Assembly (NCBI GenBank): GCA_964370065.1
Contig: CAYJGK010000003.1
Coordinates: 12,381 to 76,380 of the forward strand
Reading direction: 5' to 3'
DNA from: an uncultured Erysipelotrichaceae bacterium
GTDB lineage: Bacteria; Bacillota_I; Bacilli_A; Erysipelotrichales; Erysipelotrichaceae
DNA: 64,000 nt
Each line of letters begins with the position of its first letter. The stretch's first letter is position 1. This document shows positions 56,237-64,000 of this stretch, one piece after another. Made by a program: the position numbers and the translations under genes. The notes beneath the pieces were generated by a model. It was not told the origin of the DNA. It did no database searches and was given only the letters and a program-made list of their open reading frames with translations.

Positions 56237-57187
56237 ATGATTTATTTAGCTTATGCATTATTAGCAGCAGGTGTTGTATTTTTATCAGGAAAAGCAAGTC
56301 GTTATGTTGATTTACTAGATAAAAAAACAACATTATCAGGAGCATTTATTGGAGGGGTTATGCTTTCAGCTGTTACTTCTTTACCAGAAGTATTCACTAG
56401 TGTTTCATCTACCGTATTATTAGATAAACCTGGTTTATGTATTGGAAATATTTTAGGGAGTAACTTATTTAACATTGCGGTATTAGCCACATTAGTAATG
56501 ATTTGTTATAAAGGATTTAGTACTTGTAAAGTAGCAAAAGGACATATGAAGGTCTCTATTTATGTAGTGACTATTTATGCAATTATGTTATTAAATTTCT
56601 TACGTGTGTTAAACTTTGACATTTTAACAATTTCAATTACATCTATTTTAATCATTGTCGTGTATGCATTTGCGATTAAAAATTTATCAAGTGAAAATGG
56701 AGAAATAAATGATGAAGAAATAGAAGATGATAGTGATTTAAGTGTGAAACAAGTAATGGTTCGTTTTATTGTGGTGAGTATTGGAATAATCGCATTGAGT
56801 ATTATGATTACGTACGTAACAGATGCAATTGCTATTGAATTGAACTTAGGTGCAGGTTTAGCAGGCGCATTATTCTTAGGTATTGCTACATCATTACCAG
56901 AATTATCAAGCTCAATTGCTTTGTTTAGATTAAAAAATTATAATATTGCAATCGGTAATATTGTAGGAAGCAATATCTTTAACTTTACTATTTTATCATT
57001 AACTGATATCTTATATGTAGGACAAGGAATCTATGATTATTCAGATCCTAAAACAATTAATTTATTAATATTTGGAACCATTGCAACACTGTTCTCTATG
57101 TCCATGTTAAAAGGAAAAACAAAATTAATCCGTGTTGGTTCTGCACTTATGGTATTAGTTTGTTATGGCTTATTCTTAGTTATCTAA
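56237..57187 (+). CDS. Ca2+/Na+ (cation) antiporter, CaCA/YrbG family
   Basis: Start at the ATG at 56237 (AAGGAGA RBS). The ORF-track start at 56174 runs through the terminator hairpin. Two alpha-repeats (SLPEVFTSVSS...GNILGSNLFN and SLPELSSSIAL...GNIVGSNIFN). Confidence 0.85.
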   Translation: MIYLAYALLAAGVVFLSGKASRYVDLLDKKTTLSGAFIGGVMLSAVTSLPEVFTSVSSTVLLDKPGLCIGNILGSNLFNIAVLATLVMICYKGFSTCKVAKGHMKVSIYVVTIYAIMLLNFLRVLNFDILTISITSILIIVVYAFAIKNLSSENGEINDEEIEDDSDLSVKQVMVRFIVVSIGIIALSIMITYVTDAIAIELNLGAGLAGALFLGIATSLPELSSSIALFRLKNYNIAIGNIVGSNIFNFTILSLTDILYVGQGIYDYSDPKTINLLIFGTIATLFSMSMLKGKTKLIRVGSALMVLVCYGLFLVI

Positions 57188-57200
57188 TAGGAGGAACAAT

Positions 57201-58100
57201 ATGAAATATACAATCGAACAAATTCATCAGCTATCAAAAGATAAGGGCTGGATTCAACAAGAACAAATGTATCAAGAAAGATTAGATGAAATTGTACAGC
57301 GTATATTTGATAGTGGAAAAAAATTAATATTATTATGTGGTCCATCAGGAGCAGGGAAAACAACAACAGCATTAAAATTAGAAGAAACAATTCAAAAAAA
57401 AGGTGTAAATGTACAACATATTGCAATGGATGATTATTTTCATTCGTTAACAGAAAATGAAAAGCAATTATTAAATGAAGGAACTTTAAATGTGGAAACA
57501 CCAGATCGGGTCAATGCGATGCTCTTAGCTAAGCAATTACAAGATTTATTATCACTAAAAGAAGTACCTGAATATCATTTTGATTTTAAAACATCTACTT
57601 GTATGAAATTAGAAAACACTTTGCAAATTCAAGAAAATGACTTTGTTATTGTAGAAGGAATACATGTATTTAACCCTGCCGTATTAGATGGATTGGACGC
57701 TTATAAATTATTTGTGTATCCTGCAGATGTAGTAGAAGCCAAGCAAACACGTATTGCTGATTCACAAATACGCTTGTTACGTCGGATGATTCGTAATGCC
57801 TTATATCGCGGACACGATATTCAAAAAACATGCATGATTTACCCAATTTTAACAGAAAGTGAACGGCTATACATCTTTCCCTACCAACATTTAGCTGATG
57901 ATGTGATGAATACTTTTATTCCTTATGAACTGCAAGTATATAAGAGCTTAGTGTTTACTCAACTGCAGCAATATAAACAAGATGATGCGATTGTTAAACT
58001 AATCCAAATATTAGATAAAATAGAAGAAATTTCGGTAGAAGAAGTTATTTCCTCTTCACTGATTCGTGAATTTATTGGAGATAGTAATTATCATTATTAG
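57201..58100 (+). CDS. uridine kinase/phosphoribulokinase-family P-loop nucleoside kinase-like protein
   Basis: 299 aa. Walker A LLCGPSGAGKTTT, IVEGIH Walker-B-like strand, LLRRMIRN lid. Confidence 0.55.
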   Translation: MKYTIEQIHQLSKDKGWIQQEQMYQERLDEIVQRIFDSGKKLILLCGPSGAGKTTTALKLEETIQKKGVNVQHIAMDDYFHSLTENEKQLLNEGTLNVETPDRVNAMLLAKQLQDLLSLKEVPEYHFDFKTSTCMKLENTLQIQENDFVIVEGIHVFNPAVLDGLDAYKLFVYPADVVEAKQTRIADSQIRLLRRMIRNALYRGHDIQKTCMIYPILTESERLYIFPYQHLADDVMNTFIPYELQVYKSLVFTQLQQYKQDDAIVKLIQILDKIEEISVEEVISSSLIREFIGDSNYHY

Positions 58101-58179
58101 GGTGCTAAAGATTTAGATTTATTTCTAAATCTTTTTTATTTTATCTTGAAATATAAACATATGTTTTATATAATAGAGA

Positions 58180-58399
58180 AGTTAAAAACGTTGATAAGGC
58201 GTAGTAATATAGTTTGTTGATTAATAGGGAGTATCGCTCATAGACTGGAAAGCGATTTAATTGATATATATGAATTCACCTTTGAGTGAGAGTTAATCCT
58301 CTCCCGATTCAATCGGTTATCATGAAATTGAGTGTGTCGCAAGATGAAGTAGGATGGTACCGCGTTGAAAAACGTTCCTATACTTGTGCTTTTTTTTTG
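58180..58399 (+). promoter_or_regulatory. T-box riboswitch, phenylalanine specifier (UUC)
   Basis: Promoter TTGAAA-17-TATAAT (58146-58174). Candidate specifier TTC at 58275-58277 followed by A. T-box AAGTAGGATGGTACCGCG (58347-58364). Terminator ending in T9 (58391-58399). Confidence 0.85.
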
Positions 58400-58422
58400 A
58401 AGAAAATGAGGAAAGGATAACT

Positions 58423-59457
58423 ATGAACCAATTAGATCAATTAAAATTAGAAGGATTATCAAAAATTACTGAAGCTAGTAATAGTAAAGTGTTACAAGAT
58501 ATCCGTGTAATGTATTTAGGTAAAAAAGGACCAATACAAGAAGTTATGAAAACAATGAAGGATTTACCTGCTGAAGAAAGACCTGTTTTTGGTCAACAAG
58601 TAAATGAAGTAAAGCAAGCTTTATCACAAGCTATTGATGAAAAGAAAATACAGCTTGAATGGCTGGAAATGAATGCTAAGTTGGAAGCTGAAAAAATCGA
58701 TATTACAGTTGAAGGAATTCGCCCAACACTAGCTACTAGACACCCATTAACAGTTGTAACAAATGAATTAGAAGACTTATTTGTTGGATTAGGATATACC
58801 ATTGCAGAGGGACCAGAATTAACAAGTGATTTATATAACTTTGAACGTGCTAATATTCCTAAAGATCATCCAGCTCGTGATATGCAAGATACATTTTATA
58901 TTGATGTTGAAAACTTGTTGAGAACTCATACAACAGCTGTACAAACACTTGTATTAGAAAAAAATGCGCCTACTTTACCAGTGAAATTAGTTTGTCCAGG
59001 TAAGGTTTACCGTAGGGATGATGATGATGCCACACATTCACACCAATTCCAACAAATGGAAGGGTTAGTTGTTGATAAAGATATTACGCTAGCTGATTTA
59101 AAAGGAACACTTGAATTAATGGCAAAAAGAATGTTTGGTGAAGAACGTGAAATTCGTTTCCGCCCAAGCTTTTTCCCATTCACAGAACCAAGTGTAGAAG
59201 TAGATGTATCTTGTCATATGTGTGGGGGAACAGGATGTGCAACATGTAAACAAACAGGTTGGATTGAAATTTTAGGAGCAGGTATGGTTCATCCAAGTGT
59301 ATTAGAAATGGCTGGTTATGATGCTAACGAATGTAGTGGGTTCGCCTTTGGTGTAGGAATTGAGCGTGTGGCTATGTTGAAATATGGAATTGATGATATT
59401 CGTCATTTCTATACAAATGATATACGTTTCTTAAAAACGTTTACACGTTTTGAATAG
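58423..59457 (+). CDS. pheS: phenylalanine--tRNA ligase alpha subunit
   Basis: Start at the ATG at 58423. Class II motifs ([34 protein letters not shown]). Confidence 0.95.
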   Translation: MNQLDQLKLEGLSKITEASNSKVLQDIRVMYLGKKGPIQEVMKTMKDLPAEERPVFGQQVNEVKQALSQAIDEKKIQLEWLEMNAKLEAEKIDITVEGIRPTLATRHPLTVVTNELEDLFVGLGYTIAEGPELTSDLYNFERANIPKDHPARDMQDTFYIDVENLLRTHTTAVQTLVLEKNAPTLPVKLVCPGKVYRRDDDDATHSHQFQQMEGLVVDKDITLADLKGTLELMAKRMFGEEREIRFRPSFFPFTEPSVEVDVSCHMCGGTGCATCKQTGWIEILGAGMVHPSVLEMAGYDANECSGFAFGVGIERVAMLKYGIDDIRHFYTNDIRFLKTFTRFE

Positions 59458-59467
59458 GAGGAAGTAA

Positions 59468-61861
59468 ATGTTAACAAGTAAAAAAATATTAAGTCAATAC
59501 ATGGACTTATCAGATATTAGTAGTGGCGATTTAGCGAAAAAAGTAACATCTGCAGGGTTTGAAGTAGAAGGAATAGAAGCGATGGCTTTTGCTACGAATT
59601 TGATCATTGGTGAAGTTGTGGAATGTGAAGCTCATCCAGATAGTGATCATTTAAGTGTTTGTCAAGTCAACACGGGAAACGATATACGCCAAATCGTATG
59701 TGGTGCACCTAATGTGAGAAAAGGATTAAAAGTAATCGTTATTTTACCAGGTGGAAAATTAAAAGACTTGGAGATTAAAGAAGGAGTCATTCGAGGACAA
59801 GAAAGCAAAGGAATGCTTTGTAGTTTGTTAGAATTAGGTGTAGACCCTAAAAGTTTAACGGAACAACAAAAAGCTGGAATTGAAGAATTAAGTGAAGATG
59901 CACCAGTTGGAAATAGTGATGTTTTAGCATATTTAGGATTAGATGATACAATTTTAGATATTGGATTAACACCAAACCGTAATGATTGTTTAGCTTCTTT
60001 TTCAATGGCCAAAGAAGTAGGTGCAATCTTGAATAAAGAAGTTACCTTACCAGATTATGAAAATTGTGCAAAAGCAGGAGAATCATCTGCACTAATCGTG
60101 GCAAGTGAGAGTGAAAAATGTCCGTTATATAGTGGGAAAATCGTAAATGAAATTACTGTTAAATCTTCGCCGAAATGGATGCAAGAATTTTTATGTTCTG
60201 CAGGCGTGAAATCGATTAACAATGTTGTGGATATTTCTAATATTGTTATGTTAGAAACAGGGCAACCTTTACATTTCTTTGATTTAGCTAAGCTAAGTAA
60301 AAAAGAAATTATCGTGAAAGATGGAATGACTTGTGAATATACAGCATTAGATGGTGAAACTTATCAAATTACGCCAGACGACTTAATGATTACAGTGGAT
60401 AATCAACCAGTTGCAATTGCTGGAATAATGGGTGGAGAAGATTCTAAAGTAGAAGAATCAACAACTTCTTTATTAATTGAATCCGCTTCGTTTAATCATG
60501 TTAGTATTCGTAATACAGCTCGTCGTTTAAATTTAAATACAGATGCTAGTGTTCGCTTTCAAAAAGGCATTCAACCCCAAGCCCCTTATATGGCGATGGA
60601 TCGCGCAATCCAATTATTAGTAGAATATGCCGATGCAAAAGGATTAGAAGAAACTAAGTATTCTAGCGAACAAGATATTGTAGAAAAACAGCTAAGTGTT
60701 TCTGTAAATGGAATTAATAAACGTTTAGGAACATCATTTAGTGCCCAAGCAATGGAAGATGTCTTACAACGCTTAGATTTACAACCAAAAGTAGAAGGTG
60801 ATGTAATCTCTCTAACGATTCCAATATATCGTCAAGACATTGAAATGGAAGCTGATATTAGTGAAGAAGTAATTCGTATTTTGGGTTTTGATGACTTACA
60901 AAGTACATTACCAGCTATGGCAGCTACAGTGGGGCGTTTAGATGCACGCCAAAGTTTACGTCGCAAATGTAATACTATTTTTACGAATCAAGCTTTTTAT
61001 GAAGCACAAACATATACATTAGTTAGTGATAAATTAAATAATGATGCAATCATGCCAATGGATGCAAATAGTGTCTCTTTAGCTTCTCCAATGAGTGAAG
61101 ATCGTAAAATTATTCGTTCAAGTATCTTACCGAGTTTATTAAATAGCGTTTCTTATAATAAAAATCGTTCTATGAAGGATATTGCATTATTTGAAATCTC
61201 TCAAGTGTATGCACAAGATATGATGCAAGAGCGCTTAGCCTTTGCTTGCACGGGTAACTTGCAACAAACTCGTTGGTTAGGAATTAATCGTCCCGCTAAT
61301 TTTTATAGCGCAAAAGGATTAATAGAAGAGTTATTACACCAATTAGGGTACGCATCAAGTCGTGTAATGTTTAAAACAAATGATATTGACACCAATCACT
61401 TTCATCCATACCAAAGTGCGGCCATCTACATTGGTAGAGATTTACTAGGTATTGTAGGTACAATTCATCCTAATTTGGCAAAAGAATACAATGTGGATAC
61501 GGCAGTTATGGCGGAATTAAACTTAGAAATAATTTTATCTAATAAACCAAGTAAAGTTAAGTTTGCTGAAATTAGTAAATACCCATCTGTTACTAGAGAC
61601 TTGGCATTTGTTGTAAAAGAAGAGGTAACAGTTGCTGAAATTATTCGTACTATTTCATCTAATGGAAAACAAATTATTGATAACATTGAGGTATTTGATA
61701 TTTATACAGGTGAACATGTAGAAACTGGGTATAAATCAATTGCTTTATCGATTATATTCCAAGCAAAAGATCGCACCTTAAAAGAAGAAGAAATTAATGA
61801 TGTGTATCATAAAATTTTAGCAGCTTTAGAGAAGAAAGTCCAAGCGCAATTAAGACAATAA
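59468..61861 (+). CDS. pheT: phenylalanine--tRNA ligase beta subunit
   Basis: 797 aa. tRNA-binding N-domain, B3/4, B5 and FDX-ACB C-terminal domains. Confidence 0.95.
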   Translation: MLTSKKILSQYMDLSDISSGDLAKKVTSAGFEVEGIEAMAFATNLIIGEVVECEAHPDSDHLSVCQVNTGNDIRQIVCGAPNVRKGLKVIVILPGGKLKDLEIKEGVIRGQESKGMLCSLLELGVDPKSLTEQQKAGIEELSEDAPVGNSDVLAYLGLDDTILDIGLTPNRNDCLASFSMAKEVGAILNKEVTLPDYENCAKAGESSALIVASESEKCPLYSGKIVNEITVKSSPKWMQEFLCSAGVKSINNVVDISNIVMLETGQPLHFFDLAKLSKKEIIVKDGMTCEYTALDGETYQITPDDLMITVDNQPVAIAGIMGGEDSKVEESTTSLLIESASFNHVSIRNTARRLNLNTDASVRFQKGIQPQAPYMAMDRAIQLLVEYADAKGLEETKYSSEQDIVEKQLSVSVNGINKRLGTSFSAQAMEDVLQRLDLQPKVEGDVISLTIPIYRQDIEMEADISEEVIRILGFDDLQSTLPAMAATVGRLDARQSLRRKCNTIFTNQAFYEAQTYTLVSDKLNNDAIMPMDANSVSLASPMSEDRKIIRSSILPSLLNSVSYNKNRSMKDIALFEISQVYAQDMMQERLAFACTGNLQQTRWLGINRPANFYSAKGLIEELLHQLGYASSRVMFKTNDIDTNHFHPYQSAAIYIGRDLLGIVGTIHPNLAKEYNVDTAVMAELNLEIILSNKPSKVKFAEISKYPSVTRDLAFVVKEEVTVAEIIRTISSNGKQIIDNIEVFDIYTGEHVETGYKSIALSIIFQAKDRTLKEEEINDVYHKILAALEKKVQAQLRQ

Positions 61862-61889
61862 AAAAAGAAGCAAGTGATTGCTTCTTTTT
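61861..61889. terminator. bidirectional terminator shared by pheT and rnj
   Basis: aaaaaagaagcaa-gtga-ttgcttcttttt. Confidence 0.8.
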
Positions 61890-63699
61890 ATTTGGTTGCT
61901 ACTTTTTTAGTGGCAGGTTTTGCTTTTTTATTGCGTTTTTGTTGCATTTCTTCAATGGCGGCCTTTGAATTTAAGATAACGGGTACAACAATTGGATTAC
62001 GATGCGTTTTCTTATATAAGAAAGGTTCTAATGAACCACGAATCGTGTTTTTAATTTCTCCAAAAGTAGTTTTACCTTTCATCTTTTCTTTTAAAGCATT
62101 CCAAACGACTTGCTCTGCTTCTTTTAATAGTGGTTGTGAATCTTTGATGAATACGAATCCACGAGTGACAATAACAGGTTTACAGCAAATTTTATTTTCT
62201 CTTGAATCAATTGAAACAATAACGGATACCACCCCATTGTCACCTAATATTTGACGGTCTTTTAATACGGCAGTGGAAATACCAGAATAATCGTTTCCAT
62301 CTACAAAGATAGCATCCACTTGAATGCGTTCTTTCGCAGCGAATACATGTTGATCACGCATCACTAATACATCACCATTGGCAACAGTAAAAATATTGTT
62401 TTCAGGGATTCCAGTTTCTACAGCATACGAAGCATGTTGTTTCAACATCTTGTATTCTCCATGAATTGGCATAAAATATTGCGGTTTAATTAATTGTAAC
62501 ATTAATTTTTGTTCTTCTTGTGAAGCGTGACCTGTTGTATGTAAATTATTTAAAATAGAGTTTGTCAGTACATTAGCACCATGACGGTATAATTTATTAA
62601 TCACTTGGTTTACACTATCTCCATTACCAGGAATAGGACTACTTGAGAAGATAATTGTATCATTTGGCATCAATTTAATAAATCGATGTGTCCCGGCAGC
62701 AATTCTGGATAAAGCCGCCAAAGCTTCTCCTTGTGAACCTGTACAAATAATAACGGTTTTGTTAGCTGGATGGTGGTTTAATTGACCAGCAGATAAGAAC
62801 ATCTTATCTGGTGCATTTATAATTCCCAACTTACGACCTACTTCTACTACATTTTCCATACTTCTACCGAAAATAGCAACTTTGCGATCACATGCTGCAG
62901 CGGCTTCAATAATTTGCGCAACACGATATACATTTGATGCGAAGGTAGCAACGATAATACGTTGGTCGGTTTTCTTAAATGTATCTAAAATTTGGCTAGC
63001 TACTTTCTTTTCAGAAATAGAGAATCCCTCTACACCAGAGTTGGTTGAATCACTCAATAATAAAGTGACACCTACTTGTCCAATATAAGCCATTTTTTGA
63101 TATTCAGAATTTGTACCTACAGGAGTTAAATCAAATTTGAAATCTCCGGTATGAACGATACGCCCGTTTATAGTATTAATAATAATTCCTAATGAATCAG
63201 GAATAGAATGTGTAGTATCAAAGAAACCACATGTAAAATGTTTTGTTTCGATTCTTGAATCACAATTAATAGGTCTGATTTTTGCTTCTTTCAGCATTTT
63301 TCTTTCTTCTAATTTACGATTGATTAGGGCAATCGCAAAACGCGGAGCATATATGGCATCTATTTTTACTGATTTCAGCAAAAATGGAATACTACCGATG
63401 TGGTCCTCATGGCCATGAGTAATCACCAAAGTTTTTTTCTTGTTCTCGTTTTTTACTAAATGTGAGAAATCAGGAATGACATAATCAACTCCTAATAAAT
63501 GTTCGTCTGGAAAACGCACACCACAATCCACGATTAAAATTTCATCTTCTTGTTCAAAACAGTACATGTTTTTACCGACTTCACCTAAACCACCTAAGGC
63601 ATAGATTAAAGTGTCTTTTTGTTTAATGTCTGATAAATTATCGTTTGTTTTTTTATCTTGTTTCTGTGACGTTTTCGGTGCGATTTTTTTTGTATTCAT
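61888..63699 (-). CDS. rnj: ribonuclease J
   Basis: 603 aa. Metallo-beta-lactamase HGHEDH motif, beta-CASP domain, C-terminal domain. Lys-rich N- and C-terminal extensions. Confidence 0.95.
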   Translation of the reverse strand: MNTKKIAPKTSQKQDKKTNDNLSDIKQKDTLIYALGGLGEVGKNMYCFEQEDEILIVDCGVRFPDEHLLGVDYVIPDFSHLVKNENKKKTLVITHGHEDHIGSIPFLLKSVKIDAIYAPRFAIALINRKLEERKMLKEAKIRPINCDSRIETKHFTCGFFDTTHSIPDSLGIIINTINGRIVHTGDFKFDLTPVGTNSEYQKMAYIGQVGVTLLLSDSTNSGVEGFSISEKKVASQILDTFKKTDQRIIVATFASNVYRVAQIIEAAAACDRKVAIFGRSMENVVEVGRKLGIINAPDKMFLSAGQLNHHPANKTVIICTGSQGEALAALSRIAAGTHRFIKLMPNDTIIFSSSPIPGNGDSVNQVINKLYRHGANVLTNSILNNLHTTGHASQEEQKLMLQLIKPQYFMPIHGEYKMLKQHASYAVETGIPENNIFTVANGDVLVMRDQHVFAAKERIQVDAIFVDGNDYSGISTAVLKDRQILGDNGVVSVIVSIDSRENKICCKPVIVTRGFVFIKDSQPLLKEAEQVVWNALKEKMKGKTTFGEIKNTIRGSLEPFLYKKTHRNPIVVPVILNSKAAIEEMQQKRNKKAKPATKKVATK

Positions 63700-63781
63700 A
63701 AATAAGCTCCTCTCTTAACACCTTTTGCATATTATAACACAAACTAAAGCAAAGTATAATAAAAATAACCATAAGTTATGG

Positions 63782-64000
63782 TTATTCTATTATGATTGCA
63801 TCATCAATTTCTTTGAAAGGGTTTTCTTTATTAATGTGATCATAATAAAGGGTTCCAAAGAAGTGATCAATTTCATGCTGTAAGACAATTGCTTCATATC
63901 CTTTGGCACGAATTCTGATTTCTTTGTCTTGGATTAAGTCATATCCCTCTACTGTTATTCTTGCATAGCGTGGAACATATCCACTGTGTGTTTTTTCTAC
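63782..64000 (-). CDS. def: peptide deformylase, C-terminal part (5' end beyond window edge)
   Basis: The minus-strand frame reads ...GYEAIVLQHEIDHFFGTLYYDHI...IIIE*, with the QHEIDH metal motif. The stop is at 63784-63782 and overlaps a hairpin terminator (63763-63786). Confidence 0.85.
   Translation of the reverse strand, partial: VEKTHSGYVPRYARITVEGYDLIQDKEIRIRAKGYEAIVLQHEIDHFFGTLYYDHINKENPFKEIDDAIIIE

Overview
AT-rich, gene-dense chromosomal segment from a low-G+C Gram-positive bacterium (Bacillota). The protein signatures resemble an anaerobic gut Erysipelotrichia/Clostridia-type organism, but the taxon cannot be fixed from this window. The genetic code is standard code 11, since TGA is used as a stop. 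I call about 53 protein genes, mostly housekeeping. They include an ECF-type sigma/anti-sigma pair, an NrdI-like flavodoxin, a CcdA-thioredoxin fusion, two cation antiporters, a YaiI/Y-family polymerase/YolD cassette, LacI-malQ, a small ferredoxin missed by the ORF track, miaB, tag and gdhA. Also present are a lysine-riboswitch-controlled lysA-dapF-dapA-dapB-(HAD)dapH operon, typA, an Lsa-like ABC-F, T-box-controlled valS and pheST, ppdK, an RpiR/PTS-EIIABC/GH38 mannosidase/glycerate kinase locus (mannosylglycerate type), RNase J and the 3' end of def. I recognised no rRNA, tRNA, CRISPR array, transposase or integrase. The stand-out region is 21.1-30.35 kb. There a consensus promoter and a compact cobalamin riboswitch precede seven translationally coupled genes. 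These encode a dedicated ECF importer with two EcfT paralogues, a fused double ATPase and an S component, followed by a 1243-aa membrane-anchored Ig-domain surface protein carrying a G8 tract and a FecR-like/DUF4430 (transcobalamin-beta-like) anchored protein. I interpret this as a candidate, so far uncharacterised, Gram-positive surface corrinoid-capture and uptake system. Other items worth a second look: a 1.27-kb ORF-free stretch just upstream (19.83-21.10 kb), a riboswitch-like promoter-leader-terminator in front of a Ca2+/Na+ exchanger-family gene, an in-frame TGA at a conserved Trp position in an MFS transporter, and an in-frame HAD-DapH fusion. All coordinates of short motifs were counted by hand from the sequence. 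All family assignments are by eye and need HMM/CM confirmation.
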